Below are positions 1-8,184 of a DNA stretch of 20,000 bases, piece after piece. Positions within the stretch are counted from its first letter, which is position 1. Every line of letters starts with the position of its first letter. The notes under the pieces are model-generated. The model was given only the letters and a program-made list of their open reading frames with translations, made no database searches and was not told the origin of the DNA. This DNA comes from an uncultured virus (IMG/VR IMGVR_UViG_3300044655_001510). Its lineage: Duplodnaviria > Heunggongvirae > Uroviricota > Caudoviricetes. The translations under genes were made by a program, and so were the position numbers. The stretch lies in IMG/VR virus record IMGVR_UViG_3300044655_001510, one strand, 5' to 3'.

Positions 1-33
1 CTTGTACCAGTGAGAGATATTGACGATGATTGA
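1..33 (+). CDS. C-terminal fragment of mini-CLec/DUF1566-like paralog (runs off window)
   Basis: Reads LVPVRDIDDD*, the family's PVRD tail; stop overlaps next ATG (ATGATTGA). Confidence 0.75.
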   Translation, partial: LVPVRDIDDD

Positions 34-229
34 GATTGGGAAGTACTATAACAAACGAATCACGTATGACGAGGCAATCTTATATTGTTTTTGCTTGGGT
101 GATGGTTGGAGATTGCCATCTGAAGCCGAATACATTGAGTATGAATTGCAAGGTTCTTGGTATGTTGATAGAATCTCACAAGTTAGTACGTTTTTTGTTA
201 GACCAGTGCGAGATATAAAAGATGATTAA
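26..229 (+). CDS. mini-CLec/DUF1566-like small protein
   Basis: MIEIG..TYDEAILYCFCLGDGWRLPS..W..RPVRD; ATG at 26 coupled to upstream stop. Confidence 0.8.
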   Translation: MIEIGKYYNKRITYDEAILYCFCLGDGWRLPSEAEYIEYELQGSWYVDRISQVSTFFVRPVRDIKDD

Positions 230-443
230 ACTGCAAATGGGTAAACCAACCATGTCGAGAATCACATACGAGAATGCACAGTTCTACATATTCTGCCTAG
301 GTGATGGCTGGAGAATGCCAACTCTGAATGAGTGCATAATATATCAAATGTACGGTGATTGGTGGTATACTGAACGACGTTGTTACAGTGTAGATGATGT
401 ATACCTTTTACAACCTGTTCGCGAGGTACCTGAAGATGATTGA
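222..443 (+). CDS. mini-CLec/DUF1566-like small protein
   Basis: TYENAQFYIFCLGDGWRMPT..WW..QPVRE; 8-nt overlap with previous gene. Confidence 0.8.
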   Translation: MIKLQMGKPTMSRITYENAQFYIFCLGDGWRMPTLNECIIYQMYGDWWYTERRCYSVDDVYLLQPVREVPEDD

Positions 444-696
444 AATAGCCACTGAGGATCTTGTAGCAATGCTTACCTTCGACGAAGTAAAACTGTATTT
501 GTTTTCTTTAGGTGATGGATGGCGATTGCCAGCAATCACTGAGGTAGTTCTATGCCGACAAAAACATCCCATTCTTGGACTAGCCGGAACGCTGTGGAGT
601 GATGTTTGGTTTAATTTTATTCAAGCACAAACCCATCCAGGTAGAGGTAGATCCTCACACTTATTAATCCCAGTACGAGATCTAAAAGATGATTGA
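436..696 (+). CDS. mini-CLec/DUF1566-like small protein
   Basis: Start reassigned to MIEIAT at 436; TFDEVKLYLFSLGDGWRLP..W..IPVRD. Confidence 0.8.
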   Translation: MIEIATEDLVAMLTFDEVKLYLFSLGDGWRLPAITEVVLCRQKHPILGLAGTLWSDVWFNFIQAQTHPGRGRSSHLLIPVRDLKDD

Positions 697-904
697 AATA
701 GCACCAATGGACCGTGAGATCCTCCTAAATTACGAGGAAGCAATGATATATTGCTTTTCGTTAAACATCGATGGTAAAATAGGTTGGCGATTACCAACCA
801 AAGATGAATGGTACGATAACGATCAATTAATGGGTTGTTGGTATATTGGTAGACCCAGTAAAGGTAAATGGTTGCTTGCACCAGTACGAAGCATTGACAA
901 TTAA
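689..904 (+). CDS. mini-CLec/DUF1566-like small protein
   Basis: MIEIAP..YEEAMIYCFSLNIDGKIGWRLPT..CW..APVR. Confidence 0.85.
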   Translation: MIEIAPMDREILLNYEEAMIYCFSLNIDGKIGWRLPTKDEWYDNDQLMGCWYIGRPSKGKWLLAPVRSIDN

Positions 905-922
905 ACCAAAGTAAGCTATTAT
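894..922 (+). promoter_or_regulatory. sigma70-type early promoter
   Basis: TTGACA(894)-N17-TATTAT; 12-mer ATTATCTTTTAG overlaps the -10. Confidence 0.65.
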
Positions 923-951
923 CTTTTAGAAAATCACCAAAGGAAAATCAA

Positions 952-1320
952 ATGGCAGAAAACAAATGGCATTATCACGATTGGTATGCAGTACAAAGAA
1001 CCCATGTGGAATTCGATACTGTAAAACTATTAACACTAGAAACAAACAAAGGCGTAGTTCATAAACTTGTACCAAACAAAATCATTGGTAAACTAGAATA
1101 TGAGTTTGGTAATAACTGTTTGAAATACTTGATTCATACTGCTACCCTAGAGAAACTACAAGATGCGGATATCTTCTATGAGTGTGAAGACAAGTTGTTT
1201 AAGTTTATTTCTTGTAATGGAGACTTAGCCGTTATAGCAGCAAAAGCCATGCGATACGAAATTCCATTTGCTGATATCGCATACAAAGAATTTGAATTAA
1301 AAACTGCATTAAAGTGGTGA
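952..1320 (+). CDS. hypothetical phage protein
   Basis: 122-aa ORF, AAGGA RBS, directly after promoter. Confidence 0.75.
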   Translation: MAENKWHYHDWYAVQRTHVEFDTVKLLTLETNKGVVHKLVPNKIIGKLEYEFGNNCLKYLIHTATLEKLQDADIFYECEDKLFKFISCNGDLAVIAAKAMRYEIPFADIAYKEFELKTALKW

Positions 1321-1324
1321 AGCT

Positions 1325-1558
1325 ATGATAATTGAAGAATTTGGGATTGAACTAGCACCACTGTCAGAATCCGCGATGTCATATACCGAAGCAAAAATGT
1401 ATTGCTTCACATTAACGTATGATGATAAGATCGGTTGGAGATTACCAAGCTACGATGAATGGGAAATCATTCCACATATCGTCGGATGGCACGAAAACAA
1501 GTTGGCAAGCGATAGTACTTTTCCACGACGAGTTATGCCAGTGAGAGATTTGAGATGA
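1325..1558 (+). CDS. mini-CLec/DUF1566-like small protein
   Basis: IELAP..SYTEAKMYCFTL..KIGWRLPS..W..MPVRD. Confidence 0.85.
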   Translation: MIIEEFGIELAPLSESAMSYTEAKMYCFTLTYDDKIGWRLPSYDEWEIIPHIVGWHENKLASDSTFPRRVMPVRDLR

Positions 1559-1638
1559 TTGAAATAGGTGAACGAACAAAATTCGAAATGACGCATGATA
1601 ATAACAACTTCTTAACAAACAACATAATGGAGTTACGC

Positions 1639-1830
1639 ATGATTGAACAATTTTCACATATAGGTACCGACCATATTTGCAATGTTTGTTCTTGCGAATT
1701 TTCGGATGACGAAGGCGGAATTCAAGGATACTTTGGAATACTTCCAGTTGCATTTTGTCCAACCTGTTACAGTAGTATGTACGATATGGTTCAGCAAGAC
1801 ATGGAATACATGGACGACCTCGACGAATAG
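1639..1830 (+). CDS. small CxxC..CxxC (zinc-finger-like) protein; in-frame upstream part from 1555 looks like a mini-CLec remnant
   Basis: GGAG RBS at 1629 before ATG 1639; CNVC...CPTC; acidic tail. Confidence 0.7.
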   Translation: MIEQFSHIGTDHICNVCSCEFSDDEGGIQGYFGILPVAFCPTCYSSMYDMVQQDMEYMDDLDE

Positions 1831-1833
1831 TAG

Positions 1834-1861
1834 TTGACATCCAGTCAACTACAGGTATAAT
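1834..1861 (+). promoter_or_regulatory. sigma70-type early promoter
   Basis: TTGACA-N16-TATAAT; inverted repeat TAGTTGAC..GTCAACTA covers the -35. Confidence 0.75.
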
Positions 1862-1888
1862 ACTCTTAACTTAACACAGGAGTACAAC

Positions 1889-2197
1889 ATGCAAAAACTA
1901 CACAGAGACTTTAAACGATGGTTGAAATCAAATGGATTGCAACCAGAAGGTCGAAAAAAATCAAAAAGCTGGAGACGGCTATTCTCAACTTGCCCACCTT
2001 ACTTTATTGGCAATGATCGCAGATGGCGTTTCTTGGTACCAGAAAACGGACAACTCAGATTTCAAGTTTCTTGTCCATTAGAACACTTTGATCGTTGGGC
2101 TAACAGTGCTGGTGAAAGTATTCCACTACCACAAACTAAAGAAGAGTTTGACAAAGCTATCCAACAACTGATATTATCTTCTAAGGATTTGACATGA
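1889..2197 (+). CDS. hypothetical basic phage protein
   Basis: 102-aa ORF with AGGAG RBS after promoter. Confidence 0.8.
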   Translation: MQKLHRDFKRWLKSNGLQPEGRKKSKSWRRLFSTCPPYFIGNDRRWRFLVPENGQLRFQVSCPLEHFDRWANSAGESIPLPQTKEEFDKAIQQLILSSKDLT

Positions 2198-2203
2198 TAA
2201 ACC

Positions 2204-2400
2204 CATTCACAACAGGTATACAAGTCAACTACCCGACGACTAAAGATCGTCGGGCTTGCTTACTCCCATGACTAACTACTGGTGATTTAGTAGATCTCTC
2301 GATTTTAGAAGTCATTTTCAGTAAAGCCTCTGGGATTACTCCCACATCGCCTGTTGCGTGCGATGATAATTTGGTTCCATAATTGAGTCTTTGCCCTTCA
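2204..2400 (-). ncRNA. putative TnpB omega/reRNA (scaffold plus flank-derived guide); 5' boundary uncertain
   Basis: TnpB reRNAs are known to overlap the tnpB 3' end and right end and read into the flank; RE hairpin present. Confidence 0.55.
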
Positions 2401-3646
2401 TGGAGAATATTTGTGGCAGCATTCAAGTCTCTGTCATGGACTTCGCCACAAGAAGGGCATTCCCATTCACGAGTTGCTAAATCCAATGATTCGAGTTTAT
2501 GGCCACAGCAAGAACAGGTCTTGCTACTTGGATAAAACCTGCCTACTTGTTGAACAAGAACGCCAGCCCATTCCGCTTTATATTTGATCATTTCTGAAAG
2601 AGTAGACCAAGCGATTTCGTGGATTGCTCTGCTGAGTTTCCGGTTCTTAAGTAAATTACTGACTGCCAAATCTTCTAAATAAATCACGTCATTGGTAGCC
2701 ACTAGGTATTTACTAAGGATATGATAATACTCATTTCGCTGTCGCGTAATCTTGGAATACAAACGAGCCACCTGAATCCGTAGTTTCTCGTGGTTTTTGC
2801 TGCCTTTGGTAGTTCTTGCAAACTGCTTTTGTTTGCGTTTCAATAGCTGCTTGGTTTTCGCATGGTATAGCAACGCATCTGGTTTTAAAAATCGAAGACC
2901 ACTTGAAGTAATCATCAAATCTTTAATACCTAAATCAAAACCGACTTCTCGATTTTTGTAATCTTGGGTGGGTACATCTGTTTCTATTAGCACAGATGCA
3001 TAATACCGATCATCTGGATTTTTAGGAACGGTTATTGATTTAACAACTGCACCTTCAGGGATTGGTCTATGGATAACTGCTTTTACTTCTTTTAATTTTG
3101 GAAGTTTAATGGCATTATCTAGTACTTTGGTTCCTCGACCAGGGGTTCGATATGACTGACGTCCATGTTTTGATTTGAACCTTGGCTCTTCTACTCGTTT
3201 ACCTTTTCTGTTTCCAGCACGGGATTTGAACATGTTATCATATGCAGCTGCGAGGTCAGCTGATGCGCCTTGTAAGGCATTCATGTCTACTTCGCAAAGG
3301 AATTCCAGTTCTTTCTTTAACGGGGTAATGAGTTTATTGACCGCGAATCCATTCAGGTGTGGTTCACCTGCCAAATATCTTCGTTCATTTTCTGCTTTAA
3401 ATCGGTTATAGATCAGTCTCTTGCAACCAAATGTCTTCCCAATCAGAATTTGTTGCTCTGATGTCGGGTATATACGATATTTGATTGCAATTAATCTTTT
3501 CATGTCTGTATTTAGCATTTGACAAAGAACGACTTATGGATTAACGTATGGTTTTATTACTTGATGGGGAATTAAACATGAATAGCGAATTACCACACGC
3601 ATTCCTCCCGGCGACTAAAGATCACCGGGTTTCCTGCGCGAATCAG
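2224..3646 (-). mobile_element. IS200/IS605-family, tnpB-only (IS1341-like) element
   Basis: Matching subterminal hairpins CCCGACGA-CTAAAGA-TCGTCGGG (2232-2254) and CCCGGCGA-CTAAAGA-TCACCGGG (3607-3629); right end ...GGGTAGTTGAC; TTCAT flanks left end on - strand; no TSD, no tnpA. Confidence 0.85.
2229..3503 (-). CDS. tnpB: RNA-guided endonuclease TnpB
   Basis: N-terminal KYRIYPT..FG HTH; RuvC-I GFDLG, RuvC-II LEDL, zinc ribbon CSCCG..CPSCG, RuvC-III DRDLNAA; start 3503 (or 3518). Confidence 0.95.
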   Translation of the reverse strand: MKRLIAIKYRIYPTSEQQILIGKTFGCKRLIYNRFKAENERRYLAGEPHLNGFAVNKLITPLKKELEFLCEVDMNALQGASADLAAAYDNMFKSRAGNRKGKRVEEPRFKSKHGRQSYRTPGRGTKVLDNAIKLPKLKEVKAVIHRPIPEGAVVKSITVPKNPDDRYYASVLIETDVPTQDYKNREVGFDLGIKDLMITSSGLRFLKPDALLYHAKTKQLLKRKQKQFARTTKGSKNHEKLRIQVARLYSKITRQRNEYYHILSKYLVATNDVIYLEDLAVSNLLKNRKLSRAIHEIAWSTLSEMIKYKAEWAGVLVQQVGRFYPSSKTCSCCGHKLESLDLATREWECPSCGEVHDRDLNAATNILHEGQRLNYGTKLSSHATGDVGVIPEALLKMTSKIERSTKSPVVSHGSKQARRSLVVG

Positions 3647-3936
3647 ATGAATCTAAGAAATCTGTTTGCAGATGCAATTGAAGATTGTATATTTTTAGAC
3701 ACCGGTGATGACAAAGATGTTGCATTAGAACCGTATAAAGGTAGTCTTCTTTACTGGATAGAAGACAAACCAGAAAATGCAATGGTTGGTTTTAAATTAG
3801 GATTACGTCCTATATTAATGGAACATAAACACAACCAGCATGCACGATGGGATCCATATCCTTGTGTAAGTAATTGGAAAGATATCTATCAAACAATCCA
3901 ACGCGATCAGTAACCCAAACTAAAAGATAATGTCCT

Positions 3937-3944
3937 CTAAATAC
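3937..3944 (+). promoter_or_regulatory. T4-late-like promoter CTAAATAC
   Basis: Similar to T4 late TATAAATA; no -35; same motif at 5900, 13099 (+) and 3508, 7968, 11578 (-). Confidence 0.55.
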
Positions 3945-3971
3945 TTCAATACCAAAAGAGGACATTATCCA

Positions 3972-4784
3972 ATGCGAATTCACGAACTACTAGAACCAAA
4001 GAAACCTTTAACTGCAGTTAAAAGTTCAACTGTATCAAAATCTGGGATGCAAGGTTCTAAGAACAAAATAGCACAACGTACTTTTACCACAAACAAAGGT
4101 AATCAAGTAGACATTCAATTCAAAACAACAACCGATGGCGATGAGAAAACAACCGATGTTGTTTTCTATGTTAATGGTACAATGTATGATACCGCATCGA
4201 CTGAAGGAAAAGATATTGATAATGATTTTGATATTCTATCTGGGGTTGGCTACATTGTTAAAACCTATCTTGACAAAGCCAAAATCGACCGATGCACTTT
4301 CTCTGCACATTCAACTCCTAGTGATACAAAACACAAATTCAATATACCAGTAGAAAGACCTAAAAGAGAATTACTCGCATCATTGCAAGGTTTAAGTTCA
4401 GTGACAAACGAGTTACTAAAAACTGAAGAAGATGAGATTAGAAAGAATAAGTACAATGTGGTATTAGAAACAATCGAGGCAATCAAACAATATCTTACCC
4501 AGCCAGTTGAAAAATATAGTTCAAGTGAGTTTGATAAACTATACTGGCAAATACGCAAAGCTGCTGACATGAAACTCAGCAAATATCCAGAGATGAACGA
4601 AGCCTTCAAACAACTAGAACGATTCATGTCAGTGATCACTAGTTACTCTCCAGAAGGCGTACACGTTAGACAAAATCGTAGATTCGCAGTCTATTCTAAA
4701 ATCCTTAACAAGTTCTTCTCTAGCACTTGGGATATCGAAACCTACGGTGATAGCTTCATCCTTACTAGAAAGGCATCAGTATGA
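3972..4784 (+). CDS. putative virion internal protein (MRIHELLE N-terminus)
   Basis: GAGGA RBS before ATG 3972; N-terminus resembles T4 capsid-targeting sequence. Confidence 0.7.
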   Translation: MRIHELLEPKKPLTAVKSSTVSKSGMQGSKNKIAQRTFTTNKGNQVDIQFKTTTDGDEKTTDVVFYVNGTMYDTASTEGKDIDNDFDILSGVGYIVKTYLDKAKIDRCTFSAHSTPSDTKHKFNIPVERPKRELLASLQGLSSVTNELLKTEEDEIRKNKYNVVLETIEAIKQYLTQPVEKYSSSEFDKLYWQIRKAADMKLSKYPEMNEAFKQLERFMSVITSYSPEGVHVRQNRRFAVYSKILNKFFSSTWDIETYGDSFILTRKASV

Positions 4785-5587
4785 GAATCGCAGAAATCTT
4801 AAGTGAACGTATATCGTTATCAACCTACACCCCAACAATAAACCGAGCACTACATAACGCTGTTGTAAACATATTCAAAACGCCAACGCAACCACCATCG
4901 AAAATGGATATGCAGTTTATGGTCAAGTACAACACTGCGTTTGTTAATGCGATCAAACCTATTCTAACAGATTACGCAAAACAAATAACAAACAGTGAGG
5001 TTACTATTCAGTTTAAATCCCTACCCAATGGAACCGGCCAGTACATAGAAGATACCAACACGATAACTATTTCACCTAAAGTACTTTCAAAATTAATAAC
5101 ACTGTTATATAAACAGTTGACAGATAAGATTGACGTTTCTACTGAACTAGATACTATCATTGGTTACTTGACTTCAGTATTCCTGCATGAAGTTACTCAT
5201 GCCACACAAGTAAGTCACGGACAACGATACGAATACAAACATGGCTATATCGAAAAGGACAAAATCAAATTCTTTACAGCCTTGATTCAGGATGAATTCA
5301 AATCAGAAGAAGAGAAAGTAAGAGCACACGAAATCTACAAATCTCAACCAGATGAAATAGCAGCATACGCACAAGAAGCTGCATCGGATCTAATCAATAA
5401 TATTCATAAGTTACCTGTAGCTGAACAAGCCACTGCTATTACTGTATTCCTAAAAGAAATCTCAAAGCAAGCAACTACCTATTCTGATTTTAAGAATAGA
5501 CAAGAACCAGGCTACGAGAAAGTATATCGCAGATACTTGAAATCAATCTACCAACATCTTACTGATTATCAATCAAGTTTAAGTTGA
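4781..5587 (+). CDS. zincin-like metalloprotease-domain protein, putative virion internal protein
   Basis: FLHEVTHATQ (HExxH) plus downstream PDEIAAYA; N-terminus MRIAEILSE; ATGA overlap. Confidence 0.7.
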   Translation: MRIAEILSERISLSTYTPTINRALHNAVVNIFKTPTQPPSKMDMQFMVKYNTAFVNAIKPILTDYAKQITNSEVTIQFKSLPNGTGQYIEDTNTITISPKVLSKLITLLYKQLTDKIDVSTELDTIIGYLTSVFLHEVTHATQVSHGQRYEYKHGYIEKDKIKFFTALIQDEFKSEEEKVRAHEIYKSQPDEIAAYAQEAASDLINNIHKLPVAEQATAITVFLKEISKQATTYSDFKNRQEPGYEKVYRRYLKSIYQHLTDYQSSLS

Positions 5588-5612
5588 CCGAAACTAAAAG
5601 ATGATGTAGACA

Positions 5613-5855
5613 ATGACTATCGAAATAGCACCCATCGAATACCATGACGCAATGACATGGAATCAAGCTAAACTCTATTTGTTTGCATTGAACATAGATG
5701 GTAAGATTGGTTGGAGACTACCAACAAGAAAAGAGTTTAGCGTGGATATGCATGGCCTGTATTTATGTTGGGTACAAGAAGATCAATCATCATTGATGGA
5801 TTCAGAACTAGATACATTACAATACATATGTTATCCAGTCCGAGATGTCAAATAG
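5613..5855 (+). CDS. mini-CLec/DUF1566-like small protein
   Basis: IEIAP..TWNQAKLYLFALNIDGKIGWRLPT..CW..YPVRD. Confidence 0.85.
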   Translation: MTIEIAPIEYHDAMTWNQAKLYLFALNIDGKIGWRLPTRKEFSVDMHGLYLCWVQEDQSSLMDSELDTLQYICYPVRDVK

Positions 5856-5930
5856 TTCCCTGTCGAGAATATGAGTTTGCTATTCACGGAAAATACCAAA
5901 TAAATACACAAAATTAAGAGGATTACCAAA

Positions 5931-6650
5931 ATGCGCATCTGTGAACTAATTACAGAATCAAAACAACGCCTAGACCCAAGTTGTTGGAAGGGCAAACACA
6001 AAGAAGGTACCAAGATGAAAGGTGGTATCCGAGTCAATAACTGTGTACCAAACGAAAACTTCAATGCAGTATATGATGACGAAGCTGGGATGGCTCACAG
6101 CAATCTTCATACGCTTCGAAGAGCAGTCGATGGGCTACTCGATACAATCGACGATCATGAAAACTTACCAGAATGGGCTCAAGAGAAAATCGCAAAAGCA
6201 GAAAGCATGCTGGTTTCTGTTTGGGATTACCTACAAAGCCAAGAGGATCAAGGAGTCAACCCAACAGTTGACGAGATGTTCGACATGATAGAAGATATGG
6301 TAGAAAGTTTAGCCATCAAACATAACATTGATAGCGATCTTATATGGGAAGACTTTGAATCAGTCAGTGATCGTGAACTCTTTGAAACAGCCGCGTGGCA
6401 ACGCAAAGAAGGCAAGAACAAGAAAGGTGGTTTGAACAAGAAAGGTGTAGCAAGTTACCGCAGAGAACATCCCGGTAGCAAACTTCAAACTGCAGTTACT
6501 ACCAAACCAAGTAAACTCAAACCAGGTAGCAAAGCAGCCAAAAGACGTAAAAGTTTTTGTGCTCGAATGAGTGGTATGAAAGGACCAATGAAAGACGACA
6601 ACGGCAAGCCAACCAGAAAAGCACTGGCACTGAGAAAGTGGAACTGCTAA
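5931..6650 (+). CDS. modular phage protein with basic DUF6321-like C-terminal domain, putative internal head protein
   Basis: ATAAATAC at 5900; MRICELITE start; CWKG..VNNCVP module; LPEWAQEKI module; AWQRKEGKN..GGLN..RRKSFCARM module. Confidence 0.75.
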   Translation: MRICELITESKQRLDPSCWKGKHKEGTKMKGGIRVNNCVPNENFNAVYDDEAGMAHSNLHTLRRAVDGLLDTIDDHENLPEWAQEKIAKAESMLVSVWDYLQSQEDQGVNPTVDEMFDMIEDMVESLAIKHNIDSDLIWEDFESVSDRELFETAAWQRKEGKNKKGGLNKKGVASYRREHPGSKLQTAVTTKPSKLKPGSKAAKRRKSFCARMSGMKGPMKDDNGKPTRKALALRKWNC

Positions 6651-6655
6651 TCAAC

Positions 6656-6682
6656 AAGGGTATCTAAGTATACCCTTTTTTG
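6656..6682 (+). terminator. intrinsic terminator
   Basis: AAGGGTAT-ctaagt-ATACCCTT followed by T run. Confidence 0.75.
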
Positions 6683-6685
6683 TTA

Positions 6686-6713
6686 TTGACATAATTGATT
6701 GTTTCGGTATAAT
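6686..6713 (+). promoter_or_regulatory. sigma70-type early promoter
   Basis: TTGACA-N16-TATAAT; 12-mer at 6727 in leader. Confidence 0.75.
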
Positions 6714-6746
6714 ACACGGTAACTCAATTATCTTTTAGAGAATCGC

Positions 6747-6980
6747 ATGGCCATCGAAATAGCACCAGAAGAATATCACAAAGAAGAAATAACCTACTCG
6801 GAAGCATTGGTCTATTGCTTCTCCCTTGATATCGATGGTAAGATAGGATGGCGATTACCGACAGATCAAGAATACGTCTTTGAACTACCAGACCGGTACA
6901 ATGTACTTTTTCAAAATTGCAATTACTTTGATCATAATACAGCAACCTGCATACCAGTACGAGATGTAAAAGATGATTGA
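6747..6980 (+). CDS. mini-CLec/DUF1566-like small protein
   Basis: IEIAP..TYSEALVYCFSLDIDGKIGWRLPT..IPVRD. Confidence 0.85.
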   Translation: MAIEIAPEEYHKEEITYSEALVYCFSLDIDGKIGWRLPTDQEYVFELPDRYNVLFQNCNYFDHNTATCIPVRDVKDD

Positions 6981-7278
6981 AATAGCACCTAAAGAAACTG
7001 TAGCAAAACTTACGTGGGAAGATGCCAGACTCTACTGCTTCGCACTCAATGCAAACAACAAAACTGGATGGCGTTTACCTACCCTCGAAGAACTCTATTA
7101 CGTCAGAGAAAACTTAGATTATAAATTCGGTCATGATTACTACTGGTCGTCTGAGTCTACAGCAGATAGAGCTAATTGCGTTTTCATGGGAGGCTACAAG
7201 TATCCTAGTAAGGATTGTACAAGAAACTCACCAACCACTTTTACTTTCTACGTAAGAGCAGTCAGAGATATAACATGA
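6973..7278 (+). CDS. DUF1566/Lcl-like protein (longer form)
   Basis: TWEDARLYC..GWRLPTLEEL..YYWSS..YVRAVR, the canonical DUF1566 pattern. Confidence 0.85.
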   Translation: MIEIAPKETVAKLTWEDARLYCFALNANNKTGWRLPTLEELYYVRENLDYKFGHDYYWSSESTADRANCVFMGGYKYPSKDCTRNSPTTFTFYVRAVRDIT

Positions 7279-7571
7279 ACATCGAAATTGCACCAAAAGA
7301 AACTGAGGTCATAGCCAATTGGGAAGATGCCAAACTCTACTGCTTCGCACTTAATACAAATAACAAAACTGGTTGGCGTTTACCCACTAAAGAAGAACTT
7401 AATGAGATCTATGAATCAGGGAAAATTTTGGGGAATCATTGGTACTGGTCATCTTCTGATTCTAAGTACGATGCTAACTCTGTATGGGTTCAGGATTTTT
7501 CCAAAGGTTTCAAGTATTACGGTAATAAGACCAAAGACCTTAACCATGTTAGAGCAGTCAGAGATCTCTAA
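7275..7571 (+). CDS. DUF1566/Lcl-like protein (longer form)
   Basis: Start reassigned to 7275 (ATGA overlap); NWEDAKLYC..GWRLPTKEEL..WYWSS..VWVQDF..G..HVRAVR. Confidence 0.85.
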   Translation: MNIEIAPKETEVIANWEDAKLYCFALNTNNKTGWRLPTKEELNEIYESGKILGNHWYWSSSDSKYDANSVWVQDFSKGFKYYGNKTKDLNHVRAVRDL

Positions 7572-7775
7572 AAGATAGATACCAATGAACCAAGAAAAGT
7601 ATATCAATTAGCAGATAGTGAAGAATTAAAAGATATAAAGTTCGCTGAACTAAATTCGGTGCAAGAGTCTGTGCTGAAAGGATTGGAGTTAACTTTATAT
7701 CCCTTTATATCCCTATAGTGCAGTTTCATTGTAGGGAAATACTCCATGTAATGATATTGCGAGCCACGCTAGTGG

Positions 7776-7962
7776 CGAGCATAATAGGTCAAAATATATT
7801 CAAAAATACTTGAATTATACCTCTATTTTACCCACAATTACCCCATTGCGAGTGCCGCTAGGCACGAGCATAATAGGTCAAAATATATTCAAAAATACTT
7901 GAATTATACCTCTATTTTACCCACAATTACCCCATTGCGAGTGCCGCTAGGCACGAGCATAA
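7776..7962. repeat. 89-bp perfect tandem duplication containing GCTCG-hairpin repeats
   Basis: Identical units start at 7776 and 7865, partial third at 7954; hairpin repeats at 7759, 7848, 7937. Confidence 0.9.
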
Positions 7963-8014
7963 AACCAGTATTTAGCATGGAAATCACCAAAAATACACGA
8001 ATTTAACCCTTATA

Positions 8015-8073
8015 AATCAATGACTTATATCTTAATTTTAGCTTAAGGGAACATTAAGTAAATCAATAACTTA
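8015..8073 (+). promoter_or_regulatory. two IHF consensus sites
   Basis: AATCAATGACTTA (8015) and AATCAATAACTTA (8061) match WATCAANNNNTTR. Confidence 0.6.
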
Positions 8074-8155
8074 CCATCGTAATATGGCGCGAAAAGTAAC
8101 ACGAACTTGTTGCTAAAAGTCAAGAACTTTTTCCTAAAGTACGCTAAAAGATCAC

Positions 8156-8184
8156 TTGACAGCACCCTCAAAATGGGCTATATT
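8156..8184 (+). promoter_or_regulatory. sigma70-type promoter
   Basis: TTGACA-N17-TATATT, AGGAG RBS follows. Confidence 0.7.

Larger units (their letters stand above)
2194..3913 (+). pseudogene. HAD-like phosphatase C-terminal-half gene interrupted by tnpB element (2194-2223 + 3647-3913)
   Basis: Removing 2224-3646 gives MINPFTTGIQ-MNLRNLFAD..LDTGDDKD..WIEDKPENA..LGL, 98 aa in frame; K and IEDK motifs resemble HAD motifs III/IV; no N-terminal DxD. Confidence 0.65.

Noticed and set aside
3548..3646. N-terminal 33 aa of the listed 121-aa ORF
   Set aside because: Lies inside the IS left end and hairpin; the original start is at 2194.
6973..7571. DGR template/variable repeat pair
   Set aside because: Similarity is in the 5' halves, differences are not adenine-specific, and there is no reverse transcriptase in the window.
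7572..7718. Open frame continuing past the TAA of gene 7275 (possible readthrough or recoding)
   Set aside because: The stop is at the family's normal PVRD/AVRD end, and all three stop codons terminate genes normally elsewhere.
7759..7962. CRISPR mini-array (three 22-bp repeats at 89-bp period)
   Set aside because: The two 67-bp spacers are identical, so this is a tandem duplication; no cas genes.
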